DNA of 64,000 nt from an uncultured Planctomycetaceae bacterium (GTDB taxonomy: Bacteria > Planctomycetota > Planctomycetia > Pirellulales > PALSA-1355). The position numbers and the translations under genes are program-made. Under the pieces are notes generated by a model that was given only the letters and a program-made list of their open reading frames with translations, searched no databases and was not told the origin of the DNA. Where the stretch lies: NCBI GenBank assembly GCA_963785305.1, contig CAWAUV010000007.1:1984001-2048000 (forward strand), read 5' to 3'. Below, in pieces: positions 33,927-44,518 of the stretch (the stretch's first letter is position 1; every line of letters begins with the position of its first letter).

Positions 33927-34404
33927 ATGTATGCTTGGTGGCCGAAACAAGTTCCGACAGATTTAATCCCCGCCATCCGTAGTTTGGGAAAAAGGAAGCA
34001 CTTCGCTGGGATGCCCCAGTCCAAATCAGGGGAGTTTATTCAATTTGAATTTCCTGGGCCGAAGCCCGGATATTCATTGGATGAACGGCGAGCGAGCCGG
34101 TTTGGACTTCCAAATGGCATGTTGTGCCTGTCAGCCATTCTCGCAGAAGGTCCGAAGCTATTTGAAATTCCCGGCGATATGGTCGCTGACCTAAATCAAA
34201 TAGATATTCCACTCTCTTTTGATGAATACTGCCAGCCGTTTCCTGCCCTCATCGTCAAGTGTGGCAACGAATATCAGTACGTGGTTCATGACACCACGGA
34301 TAAACTTCTCGTCCTCAGCACTTTTTTGGACGCAAAGAATGATCCGAACGCGGACATCTATTGTGACCATTTGGGCTGGGCTGCGATGAGCGGCAGAACA
34401 CTAG
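33927..34404 (+). pseudogene. Hypothetical protein truncated at its 3' end by IS1380
   Basis: AT-richer ORF (..EGPKLFE..PLSFDEYCQPFP..) running into the IS end at 34401. Confidence 0.5.
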
Positions 34405-35924
34405 ACCTTAAACAAGCGTACGCGGTTGCGTTTTGCGGCGGTTTCGCGCGGCTGGCGGTGCGCGCGGCGTGAGCGGGCGGCGCCGGCGGGCGAGCTACTC
34501 TCGGCGGCGGGTTTTTGTTTGGCATTGGCGGTTGGCTTTCCTGGTTCGGCGTGGCGGCGGACCGGAGCGTCCGGACTCCGGCTTCAATTGATCGGCGTCA
34601 ACATCGCAGGCCGTCCAGCCAGCGAAACAACACGACTTGCCAGCGATTCCAACCCAACAAACGATAGATCAATCTTCGCCCGCCACGCACGATTTGACAT
34701 GGCATCCGAATGAAAGCGTTGCGGAATGTCTTGAACTCCATCTTGAGCACCGTCTTCTTTTCCTCGCGCCGGAGTTCTTGTTCGCGGCCCGGCGGCTCGG
34801 GCAAGAGCAAGGCCCACCACGCCTTCAGGTTCCAGGCCAGCGAGACCATCACCATGTAGGCCCAGTTGCTCACCAAGTTGTCGACCGGCGCGTGCAAGGC
34901 GCGCACCGCGCCTTTAAGCTGCGCGTTCAGGTTCTCTTGATCGCAGCGGTCGTTCGCCTCGAACACCACTTCGGCCGGCGTGAGCTCGCGATCGTTCGTC
35001 AAGTAGAAGAAGTAGCGATAGCTGGAAAACAGCGTCCGCTGACCTTGGTGCTCGTCGATCCACTTGCGCACCACCACCAGGCGATACACCTTCTTGCACG
35101 CCGTGGGTCGATAATCAAACTCGGCGACCTCTTCGCCCACCAGCCGCAGGTTCTTGAATTCCCGCTCGCGCACGATGCCTTGTTTAACGTTGGTCGGCCG
35201 CGCCTGGCCGCCGGTGGGCGCGAACACGCCGTCCATGTCGATGCGGGCTTGGGCGAAGAACTCGGCGGGCTGGCGGGCCCAAGCTTTATGTCGTGTTTCG
35301 TGGAAAGCTTCTTGCAGCGCGCGCACGTCGCTCGGCGTGAAACGGCGGCAGAAGTCGCCCGCCGTGGTCGGGTCGGGCACGCGCCGGGCGCCGAGCGCGT
35401 CGAGATAGACTTCGTCGTTGCGGCGCAGTTCGAGGTCTTCCAGGCAATCGCCGTCGCACAAGGCGTTGAACGCTAGGTTGAGCACATGATCGCTCTCGTG
35501 ATATGGCAGATGCACCTTGAGCAGAATGCAATCGCCGATCGATCGCTTCGGCCAGCCCCAGTTCTTGGACCAGCAACCGCATCGCGCCGAAGCCGCCATA
35601 AGCCATGCCTTGCGCGCGCTCCGCAAGCTCATACTTGATATTGCCGGGCCGCATGATCGGGCGTCGCAACCCTCGCAGTTGTGCTTGTCGATGCGCCGCT
35701 CGACCCGCCGCTTGCATGCGGCGAGACGTCGGCGTATCTTGGCCTGCGCCCTTTGACGCTTGGCCCGCGCTCTTTGGTTCTTGGCTTTCACTCGAAATCC
35801 CTCGGTGGCCACGGTGTTCGCGTTTGGCAAAAAACACAGAATACCGCAAATCCGCCGAGGGATTTCGCTTTTTCCAAAAACCTCCCCGCCCACGCCCTCA
35901 AAGGGATACTGGTTTAAGGTCTAG
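34401..35924 (-). mobile_element. IS1380-family element, transposase frameshifted and internally deleted
   Basis: Ends CTAGACCTTAAAC / GTTTAAGGTCTAG; PYHESDHVL, PDPTTAGDFCRRF, IDMDG, RCDQEN, NWAYMVMVSLAWNLK; jumps from DMDGVFAPTGG directly to RPTNVK near 35205. Confidence 0.88.
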
Positions 35925-38685
35925 CGGGCAGCTTCGGCAAAGTCGCGCCGCTCGCGCATCAAGTCGGTGTATCGTTTGAGGAAACGGCGGCAGCATTCGC
36001 GACGCTGACGCAACGGGGCATTTCTAGCGACCAAGCGGCGACCGCTATTCGTGGGACGCTAACGTCCCTGCTCAAGCCGACCGCCGAAATGACGGCCCAT
36101 CTGCGCGAATACGGTTTTGAAAACGGCCAAGCCGCTATCGCGACGCAAGGGCTTGGCAAAACGGTCACGGGCATTCTCGATGCGACGCATGGGCAAGCTG
36201 ACGCGCTCGCCAAGCTTGTTCCGAATGTTCGCGGGCTTGCTGGCGTTCTCGGCGGCTTAGGCTCGACCGACTACGCGACGAAACTACAAGAAATCAAAAG
36301 CGCGACCGACGATCTAAGCAAGACCGAGGGGCTTTCGGTTTTGGGGACCGAAGCCCAAACGGTCGCCAAGCAGCTTCAGCAATTCCAAAACGTTTTGACC
36401 GTCGATCTTGGCGGCTCGATCGTGCATTCTCTCGCCGAAGTCACTAACCTGACGGGCGGGATTTCCACGCTCCGCGATGTTGCGTCGGGCGCTGGGCCAG
36501 CGCTGCTCGGCACGGCGGCCACGATCGTCGGCATTAAAACAGCTTCCGCATCGTCGGCGCTCCAGGTTGCCGGCCTATCGAAAGCCTTGGGCGCTCTTGC
36601 GCTCGTTCCCGTTGCGGCAGGCGTCGGCGAATCCATCGGCAACCTTATCAACTCGCAGCTTTCCAAGCGCGCGAACGAAGCGCTGACGGCCCAACAGTCG
36701 GCCGACACAAAAGAGCTTGATTCGTTCCGGCGAATGCAATCGGAGCGCGAGAAGCTGGAAGATACCGCCGATGATGAGCGCGTCACGGCAATGAATGCGG
36801 CGGTCCAAAAGATCGCTAGCGGCTACCTTCGCGAAGTCGATGCGGCCAAAAGCGCCAACGATTCGTTGGTCGCGGACGCGCTTCGGACCGCTGAAGAAAT
36901 CGCTAGCGTCCGAAGTCGCTTCGCCAATGAAGCGGCCAAGCGCGAGGCGGATTCGCACGAACAGACAGCGCACGGCCAGCGCACGATTTCCAGCTTACAA
37001 CAGCTTCAGTCTGACCGAGATTTTAATAAGTCGCTATCGGGAAAGAGCGCCACCGATCAAGGCCAATCGTTGCTCGCCCGCGCGCTCAAGGAATCCGAAG
37101 AGGCGACAAGCCAGCTTGCCCAGGCGATTCGCACGGGTAATAAAGAGAAACAGTCCGAAGCGGAACGACTTTTCAATCATGCCCAGGGACTCGGCGAACG
37201 CGCCAGTCGATCGGCGAGCATTCGCGAAGCCGCGACTTACAGGATAGCGCGGCGGGCTATCTCCGCCGCATCACGCAAAACCAAATCGAAGCCACGCGAA
37301 CAAAAAGCCCGCTCGGCAATGCGTCGGCGCAAGAGCATATTGCGGCCGAGATTCGCGCGGCGGCCGATACCCTGAAAGAGAATCTTTCGTTATTCGACAA
37401 GTCGGGACAACGCTACTCGCCCGAACAGCAGGCATCGCGGGGCAAGCTTGCCCAAAACGCGCTCAACACGATTGCGTCGCGCGGCTTCTCTCATAGCGAC
37501 GTGGCCGAATCGCAAAGGCTGGGCCTTGGCAATTTCGTCAAAGAGCATCGCTACGCGCTTCAGCAGCGCCCGACCGACTTGAAAAGCAACACTGAAAGCG
37601 GCCTAGCAGCGATCAGCAAGCAGCTTGCCGACGCATTCGGCACGTTCAAAGGCGGCTCGCCCATTGACGTTGACGCGCTCGGCAAAGCCGTCGGGCGGCA
37701 ACTCGATTCGCCCGCGCAAGTCGTGGAAGCCACTCGCCAGCTTGAGCAGACCGCCGCGAGTTTGCGAAGCCAGATTACCGCCGCTCAAACGAGCGGCAAG
37801 CAGGCTTCCCAACTCGACAACCAAATCGGCATCGCGCGCGGGAACATCGACGCGCCAGGCCGCGCGGCGAATCGCAATGCCTTCCCCGGCGCGGAAAACG
37901 ATGCGCTGCGAAAAGAATTCGCGTCGGTCTTGGCCGAGTTTGACAAAGTGCGCGCGAATCCCAACGCCAAGGCGGGGGACGTTACGACGCTGTTTGGCCA
38001 CGCGAACGCGCTAAGCAGCAAGGCGCACAGCAGCCTGACCGGGCGGCTGGGCTTCGGCGGGTCGCTAGAGCAACTCGCGCAAGGCGTCGGCCTACTCGGC
38101 CAGCGCTCGCAAGCGCAAGGCCAAGCGGGCAATCTTAGCTCGCTGACAACCCAACTCAACCAAATCGAAGCGGTGTTGCAGCGATCGTCTACCGGCATCG
38201 GCACGGCCTTTCAGCGCACGGCGCTCGATATCGGCGCATCATCGAATTCGGCCCGACAGTTTTCGTCCGCAACCGCAAACGCCGCTATCTCCGCCGCCCA
38301 GCTTGGGAGCGACTTGGAGTCGGCGGCGGCGTCCGCCGCCGCCGGGAGTATCGCTTTGCCGAGCAGCGAAGGCGACGATGAGTTATCGACGGGCGGAATG
38401 GTCCGCAAGTACCTCGCCACGGGCGGACCGTCAGGGACGGATACAGTCCCCGCGATGCTCTCGCCCGGCGAGTTCGTTGTGAATCAAGGCGCAACATCGC
38501 GGTTTTTTAGTCAACTGCAAGCAATCAATGCCGGCAGCGCGCCAGCGTCGTCGTCGTCATCGTCGGTAACGAACCATTTTCATGGCGGGGTTAATATCAG
38601 TGGCGCATCGAGTCCACAAAAAACGGCGAGAGCGGTTATGAGCGAAATCAATCGCCAGCAGCGAAGAGGGACGGCCCGAATATGA
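35925..38685 (+). pseudogene. Phage tail tape-measure protein (TP901-core type), 5'-truncated by IS1380; frameshift(s) ~37240-37330
   Basis: GSFGKVAPLAHQVGVSFEETAAAFATLTQRG..QAATAIRG..LLKPT; long Ala/Gln helical body; C-terminal ATGGPSGTDTVPAMLSPGEFVVN. Confidence 0.85.
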
Positions 38686-38727
38686 GCGCGAGAATAAACC
38701 TGAGTGAGCCTTTAGGGCCGGGAGCGA

Positions 38728-39277
38728 TCATCGCTCCCGGCCCTTTTCCATTTGCTCCCGCAACATGCGCCGAGCACGGCGAACACGCTCGCGGTAACAG
38801 CGGATCGAGATACCCAGCCTACGCGCGCCATCGGCATCGCTTAAGCGGTCAAAAAACTTCGCCTCCATCACCACATGATATATCGGCCGAAGCTTCGCGA
38901 CCGCCGCCCGAATTTGTCGATTGCGTTCGGCATTCGAGGCGGCGGCGTCGGGCCGGGACTCGCGCGTATCCCGGATGATATCGCGGGCGGGGAGCGGGGC
39001 GTCGGGGTGGCGCGTCCGGTAGCGCCGTCGGTCGATGCAGGCATGCGCGGCGATAGTACAGAGGTACGGGCCGAGCGGCTTCGCGCGGTCGTATTGATCG
39101 AGTCGCATAACAACGGTCGCGATAGCGTCATGCGCGATTTCCCGTGCATCGTCGGCGCGAGCCTGGAAGCATCGGGCGACGAACGCTTGAACGCCCCCGA
39201 TATGACGGTTGTAGAGGGCAGTGAAATAGTCCTGCGCCCGTGGCTTGGTAGGCGTCGATCAGTTCGGCGTCAGTCAT
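38728..39277 (-). CDS. ECF-type sigma-70 factor; frameshift near 39235
   Basis: MTDAELIDAY.., DDAREIAHDA, YDRAKPLGPYLCTIAAHACIDRRR (region 2), AVAKLRP..LSDADGARRLGIS..RVRRARRMLR (region 4). Confidence 0.75.
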
Positions 39278-39686
39278 GTTGCATTCTCTGAGGTGTTTAT
39301 TTGAGCTACACCAAAGAATGCAACACGCTCGCATGCGCGGCAAATTGCTTTCAGTCGCCCGAATCGCGACAATCGTTACGCAAAGATTGACGGGGCGACA
39401 ATCTTTGCGTAATTAGCAACACGAAACCCCGCCCGAATCCGTGATTCCGTGGGCGTGTTGCGGGCCGGCAACGAACCCTGTCATTTTCTTAGGGCAGCCG
39501 GCTGGGCGGATTGTCGCGGTTTGGTCGCCCAGGCCCCGATGCAGAGTTATGCAGAGTTCGGGAGCCAAAAGGGCCTAGGTTGACGTTGCTGGCGTGGTTT
39601 GACAGGGGCGGTTCGGCGATGTAAAGTTGAGGTAATCTGCTCGAAAACCTCGGCATTTCCAGGGTTTTTCGGCCTTTTCTAAGAAC

Positions 39687-39760
39687 TACCCCCGGCTGGA
39701 CTCGAACCAGCAGCCCTCCGCTTAGAAGGCGGATGCTCTATCCGATTGAGCTACGGGGGC
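39687..39760 (-). tRNA. tRNA-Arg(TCT), no encoded CCA
   Basis: GCCCCCGTAGCTCAATCGGATAGAGCATCCGCCTTCTAAGCGGAGGGCTGCTGGTTCGAGTCCAGCCGGGGGTA folds as a cloverleaf with anticodon TCT. Confidence 0.97.
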
Positions 39761-40027
39761 ATGGGTGTCCCGCAACCCAATATAATGGCTTCCGGCGGTC
39801 CGGAAAGGGCCAGGTATGAGGGCTGACCGCGCGAGGCCGGCTTCCACGAAGGCCCGGCGAGCGAGCGAAGGCCGGCCGCGCGAGGCGTTCCCATGCAATA
39901 ATGCGTCGGCGCTTGGCCGAAAGAGCGTTCTGCGGGGCGGCAGCTTGTTGGATCGTCCGTGGCCGCGTCTTCCTTCGCTGGCGCTTCAGGCTTCCATCGT
40001 CGCGATCGCTCGCGCTTCTTCGAGCGA

Positions 40028-40822
40028 TTAATACGCTCCGCGGCGGGAGAGCACGCTGCCGGGGGTTTTTAAGAGCAGCAAGAGATCGACGCGCAGCGAC
40101 TGGTGCTTCAGATACCACAAGTCCATCCGCACCCATTCCTCGAAGCCGATCTCCGACCGCCCGCTCACTTGCCACAAGCAGGTCAGGCCAGGCTTGATCG
40201 CCAACCGGCGACGTTGCCAGGCCGCGTAGCAGGCCACCTCGCGGGGCACCGGCGGTCGGGGACCCACCAGCGACATGTGGCCCAGCAGCACATTGAAAAG
40301 CTGCGGCAATTCATCGATGCTCGTCGAGCGAAGCCAACGGCCAATGCGCGTGATCCGCGGATCGCGGCGATTCTTGAAAATCGGCCCCTCGTGCTCGTTG
40401 GCCACTTCGGCCTGGGCCCGCTCGGCGTCGAGCCGCATGGTGCGAAACTTGAGCATGGGAAACGCCGTGCCTTGGTGCCCGACGCGAGTCTGCACATAGA
40501 TCGGCCGGCCCTTGGTCGTGAGCAGCAGCACGAGATAGGTCGCGAGCATCACCGGCGAAAAGAGCAAGATCGCGACGAGCGCGCCCACGATGTCGAGCGC
40601 CCGTTTGGCAAACAGATAGCCGAGCTTGCGATTGCCCTCGGCCGGCACAAACGGCTGCCCGGCAAGCTGCCGCGCGAGGGCCAGCGAGCGAGTGGGCCGG
40701 GAGGTGGGGCCGCGCGAGCCGCGGCGCAGCGCCACGTTGCCGCCGAGCAACATCCGCCGTCGTTCGTAGAAAAAGGGAGACGCGCCGCTGTCGCCAAATG
40801 GCGACCGATTTCCGCCTGTCAT
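40028..40822 (-). CDS. Sugar transferase (polyprenyl-phosphate phosphoglycosyl transferase, WcaJ/PglC-like)
   Basis: KRALDI, KFRTM, DPRITRIGRWLRSTSIDELPQLFNVLLGHMSLVGPRP, KPGLTCLWQVSGRS. Confidence 0.93.
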   Translation of the reverse strand: MTGGNRSPFGDSGASPFFYERRRMLLGGNVALRRGSRGPTSRPTRSLALARQLAGQPFVPAEGNRKLGYLFAKRALDIVGALVAILLFSPVMLATYLVLLLTTKGRPIYVQTRVGHQGTAFPMLKFRTMRLDAERAQAEVANEHEGPIFKNRRDPRITRIGRWLRSTSIDELPQLFNVLLGHMSLVGPRPPVPREVACYAAWQRRRLAIKPGLTCLWQVSGRSEIGFEEWVRMDLWYLKHQSLRVDLLLLLKTPGSVLSRRGAY

Positions 40823-41075
40823 GATGCTGCCACCCCAAAAGTCACGATGCAAGATCACGATGCATCGCAACGGAAAAGCAACAGGCGTGCCACAATGCCT
40901 CGCAAGCCCGGGACTGGGCTCGCGGGCGAGCGCCAACTTCAAATCGAGAGCAGCTTTATCGGCCCCCGGCCGCTGGCGACTCGCGAGGTCGGGGCCCGGC
41001 GGCGATGTTGCGAAATCGCAGCGCCGGCGTTGCCGACAAACAGCGGCCATCGAGAGATGGCCCCGGTCGGCGCGA

Positions 41076-44000
41076 CTACTTGCGGTCTTCCCATACCCGC
41101 TTCTTGGCTTGCAGCAATCGGCTGGTGTAGCTCTCTGCCGCCGGCTGGGCTTCGGCGGGCGGCTGCGCTTCGGCGGGTTGTGGAGTTTCCGATCTTGCCG
41201 ACGCCGCGGGGCGAGTGGCGCCGCTCTCGGGCGGAGAAAAAGCCCACGCGTCGCCCGCGGACGAGCTTGAGGCGGAGCTTGAAGTGGCGCTCGGCGGGGC
41301 GACCGGGGCCGAATCGTACCGCGGCTCGTAGTGGTTCGAGGCGCGGCGGGCTTCGAGGCTGTCGGCAATCTCGAGTTTGCGGCTCCTGAGCCGATCGATC
41401 GTCGCGGCGGCGGCGCTCGCGGCGGGCCGGCGAAGCAACCGACCGCGAACCGCCGCCAGGGCTCGCGGGACCCAAGCCACATTGAACTGCACTCGCCGCA
41501 CGAACACATCGGCGAAGAACAAACAGCAAGCCACCACCACCATCAGCGGCCAGGCCGCTTGACGCGAAGCGCCTTCGGGCAAGGTATGGCGAAATGTGTC
41601 GTGAGCCAAGAGCCCTTCCAGCGATGTCTTGGTTTGCCCCTCGTCGGTGGGCGACGATGCCGGCCCCCGATCAACGATCCACTCGCCGGCCTCGCCCCCC
41701 GGCGGCGTCAGCCCGGCAACCGAGGCCAGCAGGGTTTCGTTCGATTCGCGGTCGAGATATTCGGGCGAATAGGGCACATTGACGCCAGCCGTGAGCGGGG
41801 CGGCGCCAGCGCCGGGAACCACCGAAAGCAGATACGAACCGGCGTCGTCGGCCGGAAAGTCGCCCACATAGCGACCCGGGCCGGTCTGACGAATCGGCAA
41901 GTCGATCGGTTTGAGGTCGGGCCCCACGACGCGCGCGGTCATACCCAACCCGTTGAGAAACGACTGCTGGCGATCAAACGCGTCGATCAACACTTGGGCC
42001 CGACCGTTGCGAATATCGGTGACGACATGAAACGCGCCCTGGTTATCGATTGGTCGCATCGACCAGCGGACCAATTGCGAAAAGAACTTGTCGCGTCCGG
42101 CCCAAGCGCTCCAAGCTCCAGTCCAGCGGCCGCTCACATCGGTGGTAAAGGCCACGGCTTTGCCGAGACCATAAGTCCAACTGGCGAGCACCGTTTCATA
42201 TTCCTTTTCCACCGGCAGCGGCGCGCGGATCGAGACTTCGACCAGCGGATTGTCTTTCACGGTCGTGAGCACATAGCCGGTGATCGGCGGCAGGTCGCCA
42301 TCGACGCCGCGCAGCATCTCATGGTGAAAAGCCACATGCGGCGTCATGCCCGCTTCACGCTCGAAGACCAGCGGACGCGAGACCATGCGGGCCTCTTTTT
42401 GGAAAATTTTCGGCAGCATCGTGGGCCGCGTGGCGTGATAGAACTTGCCGCCGCCCTGGGAGGCCATGCGCTTCAGAAGCTGCGTGTCGGCGTCGTTGCC
42501 CACGGCCACGGTCGAGACCGTGACTCCCTGCTTTCGATAACGGGCCATCAGCGCCTCATAGCCGTTGCCGGCCGATTGGCCATCGGTGAGCACCACCATG
42601 TGCTTGATCGCCGCGTCCTGGGCTTTGTTGAGCGAAGCGCGACCCATGAGAATGCCGGGCTCCATGAAGGTGCCGCCGCCGATCGCCAAGCGAGAAATGC
42701 GAGATCGCACCTGACCGCGACGATCGAGCTTCACCATCGGCGAGACCACATGCGCGTCGGAATCGAAGGCCGTCACGCTTACATAGTCGCGCGGCGAAAG
42801 CACATCGACGGCCGCCATCGCCGCGCCGCGGGCCATGTCGAGTTTCTCGCCGGCCATCGAGCCCGACACATCGATCACCAAAGCCAGCGCGCCCACGGGC
42901 ACGACCTTGGCGTTGAGAATCTGGAAATCGACCGGCATGGCGGCTTCGAGCGGAGTGCCCGCCCAGCCGCCGGCGCCGAAGCTATTGGGTCCGCCGAGCA
43001 TCACGAGCCCAGCCCCCATCTGTTCGGTGTTGCTCACCAGCATCGCGATTTGGGCATCGGTAAACGCTTCTCGCGGCGCGTCGGCGAGCACCACCGTGTC
43101 GAAAGGCTGCAAGTCGGCGAGCGAGGCAAACAACTCGTTGGTGTCCATGACGACGACCGTCAGATCCGATTGCCGCAACTGCTCGACGAAATGATCGAAC
43201 TCGCCGCGATGCTCGAAATCTTGAATCATCAGAGCCCGACCTTTGCCGCGCACTTGCGTGAAGGCCGTGGCGGCGTTGTTTTGCACCACGGCGTCGGCCG
43301 CCGGATCGTCGGGCGTGAAGCGAGCTTCATAGGTGTAGAAGTCCGGCGCGGCAATGGTTTCGCGAATCGTATAGACCCGCTTGCCCGGCTCGACATCGAC
43401 CTGTTGTTCGGCCAGCAGGAGCTCTTGATCCTTGGTGCGGCGAAACACGCGCAAGCGTCCGGACATGGCGCCGCCCGGCGATGGAGCGCCGCCAGTGGCC
43501 GGCCGCCGATCGGCCATGTTGCGTAGCACGATCTTGAGGTCGAACGGCTGCCCGCGATGGGCGTCGGTGGGCGCGACGATTTTTTCGATCGCCACATCGT
43601 CCCGCCCCGGACGCCGCACCGGCACGACATCGATGCCGACGCCGCGCGTCGACAGTTTCCGCGCTTCGGCGAGCGCGTCGCCCAGGTTTTCGTTGCCATC
43701 GGTCACGAGCACGATGCGTTTGGCCGAATCGGCGGGAAACGCCGCTTGGGCAAGCTTCATGGCGCCCGCCAAATCGGAGTATTCCGGATCGAGCGGCGCT
43801 TCGATCGATTCGCCCAGGGAAAACGATCTCGCGACCGCCGGATACTCGACCGCCGCCTGCCGGGCAAATACGATCACGCCGGCGCGGTCGCCGGTCGCGG
43901 GATTGCGATGCCGGCTCACCTCGGCGTTTACATAGTCGACCATGCCGCGGCGCTCGGCCGGCGGAATGCTGAGGGATTGGTCGAGCAGATAAAACACGGT

Positions 44001-44198
44001 TAGCCGCTTGGTGCGCGAGACCCATTCAAGCTCGGCCAGCGCCAGCACGATGGCCGTGAACACGGCGGTGCGCGCCGCGAGCGCCGCTAGCCGCCGCCAC
44101 CGGCCCAGGGCCGCGAGCGAGCGAAAGCTCCACGCCCAAAACACCGGCGTCAAAAGCAGCAGCAAAAGATAGAATGGACTGTCCACGACCGCGGACAT
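41076..44198 (-). CDS. Membrane-anchored double-vWA protein with glutamine-amidotransferase-like domain
   Basis: N-terminal TM helices; DQSLS and DVSGSM MIDAS motifs, TDG twice; GAGLVMLGGPNSFGAGGW; YGLGKAVAFTTD; C-terminal TM helix. Confidence 0.85.
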   Translation of the reverse strand: MSAVVDSPFYLLLLLLTPVFWAWSFRSLAALGRWRRLAALAARTAVFTAIVLALAELEWVSRTKRLTVFYLLDQSLSIPPAERRGMVDYVNAEVSRHRNPATGDRAGVIVFARQAAVEYPAVARSFSLGESIEAPLDPEYSDLAGAMKLAQAAFPADSAKRIVLVTDGNENLGDALAEARKLSTRGVGIDVVPVRRPGRDDVAIEKIVAPTDAHRGQPFDLKIVLRNMADRRPATGGAPSPGGAMSGRLRVFRRTKDQELLLAEQQVDVEPGKRVYTIRETIAAPDFYTYEARFTPDDPAADAVVQNNAATAFTQVRGKGRALMIQDFEHRGEFDHFVEQLRQSDLTVVVMDTNELFASLADLQPFDTVVLADAPREAFTDAQIAMLVSNTEQMGAGLVMLGGPNSFGAGGWAGTPLEAAMPVDFQILNAKVVPVGALALVIDVSGSMAGEKLDMARGAAMAAVDVLSPRDYVSVTAFDSDAHVVSPMVKLDRRGQVRSRISRLAIGGGTFMEPGILMGRASLNKAQDAAIKHMVVLTDGQSAGNGYEALMARYRKQGVTVSTVAVGNDADTQLLKRMASQGGGKFYHATRPTMLPKIFQKEARMVSRPLVFEREAGMTPHVAFHHEMLRGVDGDLPPITGYVLTTVKDNPLVEVSIRAPLPVEKEYETVLASWTYGLGKAVAFTTDVSGRWTGAWSAWAGRDKFFSQLVRWSMRPIDNQGAFHVVTDIRNGRAQVLIDAFDRQQSFLNGLGMTARVVGPDLKPIDLPIRQTGPGRYVGDFPADDAGSYLLSVVPGAGAAPLTAGVNVPYSPEYLDRESNETLLASVAGLTPPGGEAGEWIVDRGPASSPTDEGQTKTSLEGLLAHDTFRHTLPEGASRQAAWPLMVVVACCLFFADVFVRRVQFNVAWVPRALAAVRGRLLRRPAASAAAATIDRLRSRKLEIADSLEARRASNHYEPRYDSAPVAPPSATSSSASSSSAGDAWAFSPPESGATRPAASARSETPQPAEAQPPAEAQPAAESYTSRLLQAKKRVWEDRK

Positions 44199-44518
44199 GA
44201 ACCCTCCGGCGCGAGTTTGCAAGGTATCGAAAGGGCGCGGCCCGGCGCCCGAGAAGCTTCGTTCACTCTACCAATCCTCCAAACGCTTGGCGAATTGTTC
44301 GGTCAGCAAGGGCGCGCCGCCCAAAACGAGAGTCTTCAACGAGCCATCCCCTGGAAACGGAAGCGCCGAAAATTTTTCCCGCGACACACGATACTTTCTC
44401 ATCGAGGCGGGGTTTAACGGAATCGATGGCGTGGTGCGCGACGGCCCTTTGTCCGCCGCGCGAAGCAGATCCGTGGCGCCCCCACCAAGAGACGCAACCT
44501 ACAACCCGTAAAGACGTT

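Larger units (their letters stand above)
30150..39686. mobile_element. Decayed prophage/satellite-like island at the tRNA-Arg 3' end (left border approximate)
   Basis: Compositional shift, tape-measure gene, Xis-like ORF, three IS elements, adjacent to tRNA 3' end; no integrase or att duplicate seen. Confidence 0.7.

Noticed and set aside
41331..43526. Long antisense ORFs (e.g. 731 aa here; also 3974-5683, 12983-14425, 44263-45843, 56768-58288)
   Set aside because: Shadow frames of high-GC genes with no recognisable motifs
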